A stretch of 63,455 nt of DNA, filler included, from Licmophora abbreviata (Eukaryota): the NCBI GenBank assembly GCA_900291995.1. It is 24 parts of 24 records of this genome, joined end to end, with 100 filler letters (N's around TTAATTAATTAA, not from the genome) between each part and the next. Parts side by side here need not be neighbours in the genome. Positions count along the whole stretch, not along the records: positions 55,184 to 57,465 come from OLMU01002761.1; positions 57,566 to 59,652 come from OLMU01002762.1; positions 59,753 to 63,455 come from OLMU01002763.1; 21 more parts are not named here. The stretch is one strand, 5' to 3'. Position numbers and translations under genes: made by a program. A model generated the notes under the pieces. That model was not told the DNA's origin and did no database searches. It saw nothing but the letters and a program-made list of their open reading frames with translations. Shown piece after piece: positions 56,055 to 63,455 of the stretch (positions within the stretch are counted from its first letter, which is position 1; each line of letters opens with the position of its first letter).

Positions 56055-56750
56055 TCAGGCGCTCTTGCGCTTGCGCAGCACCGCCAGAAGGCCAAAGCCC
56101 CCCAGCAACAGCGGCAGACCGGCCGGCAGCGGAATCGCCGCGATATGTTCATACGACACCTTGATCGCCGCGACCTTGAACTGATCGTCCTTGTGATCCG
56201 CCCCGATCCCGATGAACTTGCTCGTCACCTGCTCGTCCGCATCCAGCCAGACCTGGCCGTGATCGTCGCTGCTGCCATTGTAAAACCATGTGGACTTGAA
56301 CCACGGGTCCAGATCGACATCCGAATGATACTCGTCCAGCGTCAGACCCTTCTTGCCCATGAAATAGCTCGCGATTTCCACGTCATCATCATGGTCGAAA
56401 TAGCTGACACCGACGAATTTCAGTGTCACCTCGCGGTTGAAGCTGAACAGCAGCATCTCGTCGCGGCCACGGCCATCCACCCGGTGATCCTTGTCGCCCT
56501 TGAACTGCGCGCCAAGCCCGGCGCTCCATTGCCCGACCTGGATCTGGCTCTTCAGATCGCCCTTATTGTGCTGGAACGCGGTCACGGTCATTGTCAGATC
56601 GCCACTGGTATACTCATGCGATGACGCAACACCGGCATGGCCGCCCAGATGAAACACCTCGTGGATTGTCGCGGCATTGGCCCCTGTGGCCAGCACGCCA
56701 ACCAGGGCGGCACCTGCCAATGTCGAAAACTTATTGCGTCGGATGGACAC
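56055..56750 (-). CDS. Secreted protein with VPLPA-CTERM sorting domain
   Basis: Signal peptide ANA-AT; C-terminus IPLPAGLPLLLGGFGLLAVLRKRKSA. Confidence 0.85.
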   Translation of the reverse strand: MSIRRNKFSTLAGAALVGVLATGANAATIHEVFHLGGHAGVASSHEYTSGDLTMTVTAFQHNKGDLKSQIQVGQWSAGLGAQFKGDKDHRVDGRGRDEMLLFSFNREVTLKFVGVSYFDHDDDVEIASYFMGKKGLTLDEYHSDVDLDPWFKSTWFYNGSSDDHGQVWLDADEQVTSKFIGIGADHKDDQFKVAAIKVSYEHIAAIPLPAGLPLLLGGFGLLAVLRKRKSA

Positions 56751-57099
56751 GAAACACCTCCAGATAAAAATTGTTGTAAAACGGCACGGAGGCAGGACAT
56801 CGCCCTAAAAACGGGCCTAAGCACCAACCGCACGAAGACTAAAAAATCACTACATCGATGCGGTTATCATATTTCTGCAACTATCCGAACACAATCCTGC
56901 ATCCGCACGGGACGTAGCGTCATACCGAACACAAAACCTATCAGTTCCAAATGATTGTTTCCCTGCTGACGACAAAGCCCAACCACGGCCACGCGCCGGT
57001 GATTCGTCTCTGCCCTCGGCCCGCATCACGCATCGCTTGCCCAAACCGCCTGTCCCGTGCTGCAATACACCCCAGAACCCCGTCACCCCCGGAGATGCC

Positions 57100-57815
57100 A
57101 TGGCCCTCACTCATCCCGACTTCACCATCGGCATCGAAGAGGAATACCTCCTCGTTGACCGTGACACCTGCGCGCTGGCCGACGCCCCAAAGGGTCTGAT
57201 GGAAGACTGCCAAAGCCGCCTCGAAGGTCAGGTCAGCCCCGAATTTCTCAACTGCCAGATCGAAATCGGCACCCGCGTGTGTCGCACCGTGGCCGACGCC
57301 CGCGACGATCTCAAACGCCTGCGCTCCACCGTGGCCGACTGCGCCGCGCGCTACAACCTCGCCCCCATCGCCGCCGCCTGCCACCCCTTTGCCGACTGGC
57401 GCAACCAGACCCATACCGACAAGGACCGCTACAACGCGCTGGCCGGCGATCTGGCCGGCGTGGTGNNNNNNNNNNNNNNNNNNNNNNNNNNNNNNNNNNN
57501 NNNNNNNNNTTAATTAATTAANNNNNNNNNNNNNNNNNNNNNNNNNNNNNNNNNNNNNNNNNNNNTTTCGGTCTGGGCGAGATCGTCCCGATGGGCGACC
57601 TGATCGAAGAGCTGATCGACCTGCTGGACGAGGACGCCGCCTTCTTCGAATCCCTGGCCGAAATCGAAGGCGCCCGCGACATGCTGCGCACCGGCACCTC
57701 CGCCGGCCGTCAACGGCAGGTCTATGCCGACGCCCTGCAGGCCGAGGACGATCCCGACCACGCCCTGCGCGCCGTGGTCCGCCACCTGATCGAGGAATTC
57801 CACGCCGATCTCTGA
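57100..57815 (+). CDS. YbdK-family carboxylate-amine ligase, split by gap
   Basis: [33 protein letters not shown]. Confidence 0.88.
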
Positions 57816-57834
57816 ACCCGAAAACCGCAACTCG

Positions 57835-57896
57835 CACAGAAAACCACACAGAAAACCACACCGACGCGATACCGACGTTATACCGACACGATACCG
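57835..57896. repeat. Tandem 12-bp x2 and degenerate 11-bp x3 repeats
   Basis: (CACAGAAAACCA)2 then ACCGACGCGAT ACCGACGTTAT ACCGACACGAT ACCG. Confidence 0.8.
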
Positions 57897-57972
57897 CAGC
57901 CCTTTTTCCCTGTTTTCCAAGGCGCAAACTGCGATCCCGACGACGCCTTGCAAAACTCTTGCAAGAATTGAT

Positions 57973-57992
57973 AATTAAACATGCGTTCAATT
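57973..57992. promoter_or_regulatory. Palindromic operator candidate upstream of acyl-CoA dehydrogenase
   Basis: AATTAAAC-ATGC-GTTCAATT. Confidence 0.5.
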
Positions 57993-58027
57993 CGCTTGCG
58001 ACCACCCCGAGGAGGAGGAAACCCGGC

Positions 58028-59170
58028 ATGGACTTCGCCCTGACCGAAGAACAGACCGCCATTTTCGACATGGCCCGCGCCTTCGGGCAGGACACCATCG
58101 CGCCCCATGCGCGGACATGGGAGCGCGAGGGCACCATCCCCAAAGAGCTCTGGCCACAGATCGCCGAACTGGGCTTCGGCGGGCTCTATGTCTCCGAAGA
58201 GGGCGGCGGCTCGGGGCTGTCCCGGCTGGATGCGACGCTGGTTTTCGAAGCCTTGTCAATGGCTTGCCCCTCGGTCGCGGCGTTTTTGTCGATCCACAAC
58301 ATGTGCGCCAAGATGCTCGACACCTTCGCCTCCGACGAGATGAAAGCCCGCGTCATGCCCGGTGTTCTGTCGATGGAAACCGTGCTCTCCTACTGCCTCA
58401 CCGAACCCGGCTCCGGCTCGGACGCCGCTGCCCTGAAAACCCGCGCCGAGCGCAGCAACGAGGGCTATATTCTCAACGGAACCAAGGCCTTCATCTCAGG
58501 CGGCGGCTATTCGGATGCCTATATCGTGATGGTCCGCACCGGCGAAGACGGCCCCCGCGGCATCTCCACAATCTATGTCGAAGACGGCACCCCCGGCCTC
58601 AGCTTCGGTGGCCTCGAGGACAAGATGGGCTGGCGCTCCCAGCCCACCGCGCAGGTCCAGTTCGACGATTGCAACATCCCCGCCCACAACCTTGTCGGCG
58701 AGGAAAACAAGGGGTTTTCCTATGCCATGGCCGGGCTAGACGGGGGCCGGCTCAACATCGCCGCCTGCTCGCTTGGCGCCGCCCAACAGGCGCTCGACAT
58801 GACCCTGACCTACATGGGCGAGCGCAAGGCCTTCGGCAAACCGATCGACCAATTTCAGGCGCTCCAATTCCGCCTCGCCGATCTGGAAATCCAGCTTCAG
58901 GCCGCCCGCACCTTCCTGCGGCAGGCCGCCTGGAAACTCGACACCGGCGCGCCCGATGCCACCAAATTCTGCGCCATGGCCAAGAAATTCGTGACCGAAG
59001 CCGGCTCGAACATCGTCAACCAATGCCTCCAGCTGCATGGCGGCTACGGCTACCTTGCCGATTACGGAATCGAAAAACTGGTCCGCGACCTGCGCGTTCA
59101 TGAAATCCTCGAAGGCACGAACGAGATCATGCGCCTGATCGTGGCCCGTCAGATGCTGGCCGAAAGATGA
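58028..59170 (+). CDS. Acyl-CoA dehydrogenase (isobutyryl-CoA dehydrogenase-like)
   Basis: YCLTEPGSGSDA, GGRLNIAACSLG, HEILEGTNEIMR; mms context. Confidence 0.92.
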   Translation: MDFALTEEQTAIFDMARAFGQDTIAPHARTWEREGTIPKELWPQIAELGFGGLYVSEEGGGSGLSRLDATLVFEALSMACPSVAAFLSIHNMCAKMLDTFASDEMKARVMPGVLSMETVLSYCLTEPGSGSDAAALKTRAERSNEGYILNGTKAFISGGGYSDAYIVMVRTGEDGPRGISTIYVEDGTPGLSFGGLEDKMGWRSQPTAQVQFDDCNIPAHNLVGEENKGFSYAMAGLDGGRLNIAACSLGAAQQALDMTLTYMGERKAFGKPIDQFQALQFRLADLEIQLQAARTFLRQAAWKLDTGAPDATKFCAMAKKFVTEAGSNIVNQCLQLHGGYGYLADYGIEKLVRDLRVHEILEGTNEIMRLIVARQMLAER

Positions 59171-60278
59171 CTGATATCGACATCCGCACCCAAGGCCATG
59201 CCGGGCGGATCACCCTGACCCGCCCCAAGGCCCTGAACGCCCTGACCCATCAGATGAGCCTCGAGATCGAAGCGGCGCTCGATGCCTGGCGCGACGATCC
59301 CGCCGTGGCGCTGGTGGTCATCGACGCCGACGAAGACAAGGCCTTCTGCGTGGGCGGCGACATTCAGAAGCTCTACGACACAGGCCGCGCGGGCGATCTT
59401 GATTATGGTCGCGGCTTTTGGCGCGACGAATACCGCCTGAATGCAAAAATTGCCGAATATCCAAAGCCTTACATCGCGTTCTTGAACGGCTTCACGATGG
59501 GCGGCGGCGTCGGGATCGGCTGCCACGGCAGCCACCGGATCGTGGATGAGACCAGCCAGATCGCCATGCCCGAATGCTCCATCGGGCTGGTGCCGGATGT
59601 CGGCGGCTCGCTTCTTCTGGCCCGCGCACCGGGCCATCTGGGCGAATATCTCNNNNNNNNNNNNNNNNNNNNNNNNNNNNNNNNNNNNNNNNNNNNTTAA
59701 TTAATTAANNNNNNNNNNNNNNNNNNNNNNNNNNNNNNNNNNNNNNNNNNNNCGCCATCCTCGCAGGCTTTGCCGACAGCTTTGTTCCCGGCCACCACTG
59801 GCCCGATCTGATCGCCACGCTCTGCGACACCGGCGACATCTCGTCCATCGCCCCCGCATGCGAGACGCCCCCGCAAGGGGCGCTGAGCACCGCCCGACCC
59901 GTCATCGACACCGCCTTCGCAGGCGCCAGCCTCCATGACATCCTGCAGACCCTACAGCACGATGACAGCCCTCTGGCCCGCGATGCGCTCAAGAAGATCG
60001 CGCGCAATTCCCCCCTCTCCATGGCCTGCACCGTCGAGATGATCCACCGCCTGCGCGATCCCGCCGCCGATATCCGGCGCGCGCTCGATCTGGAATACCG
60101 CTTCACCTACCGCGCGATGGAGCACGGCGATTTCCTCGAAGGCATCCGCGCCCGGATCATCGACAAGGACAACGCCCCCAATTGGCGTCACGATCTCGAA
60201 ACGCTTCCCGCCAGCGATGTCAGCCGGATGCTGATGCCGCTCGACGCGGCACCCCTCACAGACCACAAGGAAGGATAG
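59167..60278 (+). CDS. 3-hydroxyisobutyryl-CoA hydrolase-like crotonase, split by gap
   Basis: RPKALNAL, MGGGVG, AMPECSIGLVPDVG, DFLEGIRARIIDKD. Confidence 0.88.
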
Positions 60279-60281
60279 GCC

Positions 60282-61154
60282 ATGAAAATCGGATTCATCG
60301 GATTGGGCAATATGGGCGGCCCGATGGCGGCCAACCTCGCACGCGCGGACCATGATGTGACCGGCTTCGACACCGCGGATGTCTCCATCGACGGCGTCGC
60401 ACGCGCCGCCACCGCGGCCGAGGCCGCAACCGGCGCGCAGGTAGTCATCACCATGCTGCCCAACGGCCAGATTCTCCGCAAGGTCGCAGCCGAAGTGATC
60501 CCCGCCATGGACAAGGGCGCCGTTCTTTTGGATTGCTCCACCGTCGATGTCGAAAGCGCCCGCGCCGTGGCCCGTCAGGCGCAAGACGCCGGGCTGTCCG
60601 CGCTCGACGCGCCCGTGTCGGGCGGCGTCGGCGGCGCGCAGGCCGGCACCCTGACCTTCATGGTCGGCGGCGACGAGATCGGCTTTAACACCGCCAAAGA
60701 ACTCTTTGACATCATGGGGCAAAAAGCCGTTCACTGTGGCCCCTCGGGCAATGGTCAGGCCGCCAAGATCTGCAACAACATGATCCTTGGCGCCACGATG
60801 ATCGTCACCTGCGAGGCCTTCGCTCTGGCCGACAAGCTGGGCCTCGACCGACAGGCGATGTTCGATGTGGTCTCCACCTCCTCGGGCTCCAGCTGGTCGA
60901 TGACCACCTATTGCCCCGCCCCCGGAATCGGCCCGCAAAGCCCCGCCGACAATGAGTACAAACCCGGTTTCGCCGCTGAACTGATGCTCAAGGACCTGCG
61001 CCTCGCCCAAGAGGCCGCCGCCGCCGCAGATGCCGACACGCCCCTGGGCGAAGCCGCGATGAAGCTCTACGCCGAATTCGTCGAACGCGAGGACGGGATG
61101 GGCCGCGATTTCTCGGCCATGCTGCCGCGCTTCGAAAAACGCGGCTACAGCTGA
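60282..61154 (+). CDS. mmsB: 3-hydroxyisobutyrate dehydrogenase
   Basis: FIGLGNMGGPM, DAPVSGG, AKICNNM. Confidence 0.95.
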   Translation: MKIGFIGLGNMGGPMAANLARADHDVTGFDTADVSIDGVARAATAAEAATGAQVVITMLPNGQILRKVAAEVIPAMDKGAVLLDCSTVDVESARAVARQAQDAGLSALDAPVSGGVGGAQAGTLTFMVGGDEIGFNTAKELFDIMGQKAVHCGPSGNGQAAKICNNMILGATMIVTCEAFALADKLGLDRQAMFDVVSTSSGSSWSMTTYCPAPGIGPQSPADNEYKPGFAAELMLKDLRLAQEAAAAADADTPLGEAAMKLYAEFVEREDGMGRDFSAMLPRFEKRGYS

Positions 61155-61242
61155 CCCGTGACCCCGCCTAATTGATCCATATCATATTCAGCTTTACGAA
61201 GATGTGTCATACACCGGCCATCACTGGTGAAAGGAACGTCCC

Positions 61243-61446
61243 ATGTTCAAGAAAAACGTCGGCGGCATCGACCGCGCACTTCGCATACTGGTGGGCGCGG
61301 CGCTCATCGCAGGCTTCGCCCTCAATCAGGAAGGCGCCTATAGCTGGCTCTATCTCATCGGGATCATCCCGCTGGTGACCGGCATTCTGGGCACCTGCCC
61401 CGCCTATTCGATCTTCGGGTTCAACACCTGCCCGTTGAAGAAATAA
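61243..61446 (+). CDS. DUF2892 (YgaP-like) small membrane protein
   Basis: KNVGGIDRALRI...TCPAYSIFGFNTC. Confidence 0.88.
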   Translation: MFKKNVGGIDRALRILVGAALIAGFALNQEGAYSWLYLIGIIPLVTGILGTCPAYSIFGFNTCPLKK

Positions 61447-61531
61447 GGCAGACATCCGCGCATCCGGGCGCAGCGGGCTTGGCCTGCTGCGCCCCAGCCC
61501 CCACGTTTCTCGTATGGAACAGGAGGCCCCC

Positions 61532-61867
61532 ATGCGCCACCACACGGCTTTTGCTTTTACCGCCATCATCGCCACGGCCCTCGGCCTCGGCCTCACCGCG
61601 TCCCCCCCGGCACTGGCTGACCCGCCCGGTTGCCCGCCGGGCCTTGCCAAGAAACAGAACGGCTGCCTGCCCCCCGGTCAGGCGCGCAAATATGGCATCG
61701 GCGAGCGTATCGGCGGCGATTACATCGTGATCCGTCATCCCGGGCGCCACGGGCTTGACCCCGACCAGACCTATTACCGCGTCGGCGACTACGTCTACCG
61801 CGTCGATCGCGACACTGCCGAAGTGCTGGACCTGATCGGCGCCGTGACCCGCGTGCTGGTCAACTGA
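61532..61867 (+). CDS. Secreted RcnB-like protein with CPPGLAKK motif
   Basis: Signal peptide, CPPGLAKKQNGCLPPGQA, YYRVGDYVYRVD. Confidence 0.75.
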   Translation: MRHHTAFAFTAIIATALGLGLTASPPALADPPGCPPGLAKKQNGCLPPGQARKYGIGERIGGDYIVIRHPGRHGLDPDQTYYRVGDYVYRVDRDTAEVLDLIGAVTRVLVN

Positions 61868-61886
61868 CCCCGTAAGCCAGCCCCGC

Positions 61887-63455
61887 CTACTCCGCCGCCA
61901 CCTTGCGCGCCGCCAACATCTCCTTGAGATACCGCCCGGTATGGCTGCGCTCCACCTCGGCGACATCCTCGGGCGTGCCGACAGCCACGATCTCACCACC
62001 GCCATCGCCCCCTTCGGGACCGATATCGATAATCCAGTCGGCGGTCTTCACCACGTCGAGGTTATGCTCGATCACCACCACCGTGTTGCCGCTCTCGACC
62101 AGCTCATGCAGCACTTCCAGCAGCTTTTTCACATCCTCGAAATGCAGCCCCGTCGTCGGCTCGTCCAGAATATAGAGCGTCCGCCCCGTGGACCGCTTCG
62201 ACAGCTCCTTCGACAGCTTCACCCGCTGCGCCTCGCCCCCCGACAGCGTCGTCGCCTGCTGGCCCACCTTGATATAGCCAAGGCCGACCCGCGCCAGCGC
62301 CTCCATCTTATCGCGGATGCTCGGCACCGCCTTGAACACCTCGCGCGCATCCTCGACGGTCATGTCCAGCACATCGGCGATGGACTTGCCCTTCCAGCGG
62401 ATTTCCAGCGTCTCGCGGTTATACCGCGCGCCGTTGCAGGTCTCGCAGGTCACATAGACATCGGGCAGGAAATGCATCTCGATCTTGATGACCCCGTCCC
62501 CCTGACACGCCTCGCAGCGCCCGCCCTTCACGTTGAAGGAAAACCGCCCCGGCTTGTAGCCGCGCGCCTTGGCTTCGGGCAGCCCGGCAAACCAGTCGCG
62601 GATCGGGGTGAAGGCGCCGGTATAGGTCGCGGGGTTCGATCTCGGCGTGCGCCCGATGGGCCGCTGATCGATATCGATCACCTTGTCCAGATGCTCCAGC
62701 CCCTTGATCGTCTCGCAGGGCGCCGGCGTCTGCCGCGCCCCGTTCAGCCGCATTGACGCGGTCTTGAACAGCGTCTCGATCGTCAGCGTGGATTTGCCGC
62801 CGCCCGACACGCCGGTGACGCAGACGAACTTGCCAAGCGGGAACTGCGCGCTCACCTCCCGCAGGTTGTTGCCGGTGGCCTTGACCACCTCAACCACCTT
62901 GCCATTGCCCTTGCGCCGCTCGTGGGGCACCGCGATCTCGCGCGCGCCCGACAGGTATTGCCCGGTGATCGAGGCTGGATCGGCGGTGATCTGGTCGGGC
63001 GTGCCGTGGCTCACCACCTGCCCGCCATGCACGCCGGCACCGGGGCCGATATCAAAGACGTAATCGGCGGTGCGGATCGCCTCTTCGTCATGCTCGACCA
63101 CGATCACCGTATTGCCCTGATCGCGCAGGTTCTGCAGCGTCTGCAACAGCCGCCCGTTGTCGCGCTGATGCAGCCCGATGCTCGGCTCGTCCAGCACGTA
63201 CAGAACCCCGGTCAGCCCGCTGCCGATCTGGCTCGCCAGCCGGATGCGCTGGCTCTCGCCCCCCGACAGCGTGCCGGCATTCCGGCTCAGCGTCAGGTAC
63301 TCAAGCCCCACATTGTTGAGAAACCCAAGCCGTTCGCGGATTTCCTTGAGGATCGCGCGCGCAATCTCGTTCTTCTGCGCGCTCAGGCTGTCGGACACGC
63401 CCGCGCACCAGTCATGCGCCTCGCGGATCGACATCTGCACGACCTGCCCCACATG
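61887..63455 (-). CDS. uvrA: Excinuclease ABC subunit A (5' part outside window)
   Basis: [28 protein letters not shown] zinc finger, [11 protein letters not shown]. Confidence 0.98.
   Translation of the reverse strand, partial: HVGQVVQMSIREAHDWCAGVSDSLSAQKNEIARAILKEIRERLGFLNNVGLEYLTLSRNAGTLSGGESQRIRLASQIGSGLTGVLYVLDEPSIGLHQRDNGRLLQTLQNLRDQGNTVIVVEHDEEAIRTADYVFDIGPGAGVHGGQVVSHGTPDQITADPASITGQYLSGAREIAVPHERRKGNGKVVEVVKATGNNLREVSAQFPLGKFVCVTGVSGGGKSTLTIETLFKTASMRLNGARQTPAPCETIKGLEHLDKVIDIDQRPIGRTPRSNPATYTGAFTPIRDWFAGLPEAKARGYKPGRFSFNVKGGRCEACQGDGVIKIEMHFLPDVYVTCETCNGARYNRETLEIRWKGKSIADVLDMTVEDAREVFKAVPSIRDKMEALARVGLGYIKVGQQATTLSGGEAQRVKLSKELSKRSTGRTLYILDEPTTGLHFEDVKKLLEVLHELVESGNTVVVIEHNLDVVKTADWIIDIGPEGGDGGGEIVAVGTPEDVAEVERSHTGRYLKEMLAARKVAAE

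Noticed and set aside
57835..57896. Possible mini-CRISPR
   Set aside because: Units are 11-12 bp, contiguous, without spacers or cas genes
1002..59752. 23 copies of TTAATTAATTAA flanked by N runs
   Set aside because: Artificial contig linker with stops in all six frames; not a repeat, CtrA site or CRISPR

Overview
High-GC chromosomal DNA from a Roseobacter-group alphaproteobacterium (Roseovarius-like gene order; the genus is an inference). It is a draft scaffold broken by 23 artificial 100-bp linkers (N44-TTAATTAATTAA-N44), so many genes are split or partial and several near-gap frameshifts are probably sequencing errors. Content is mostly core genome: phr-cfa, BCCT transporter, two-piece permuted tmRNA, chrA, sspB, fumC, prfB, PBP1A, lexA, comEC, gltX, gltA, two RTX/Ca-binding proteins, ccmE-(GH108 endolysin, holin)-ccmF-ccmH, argC, murI, indolepyruvate oxidoreductase, LysR plus a SorY/suhB-like sRNA, purL, bolA, grxD, TAXI-TRAP, zapA, tkt, two gap paralogues, coaD, an mms (valine/isobutyrate catabolism) cluster with an inserted VPLPA-CTERM gene, and uvrA. 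I found no CRISPR array, IS element, prophage or defence island, and no convincing wholly new multi-gene system. The most interesting signals are non-coding: a DnaA box on the lexA promoter, a CtrA-type site at comEC, sigmaE and RpoH promoters, CceR-type operators, a structured BCCT leader, a dispersed palindromic repeat, and 11-bp tandem repeats. The GTA-type lysis cassette inside the ccm cluster is also notable.
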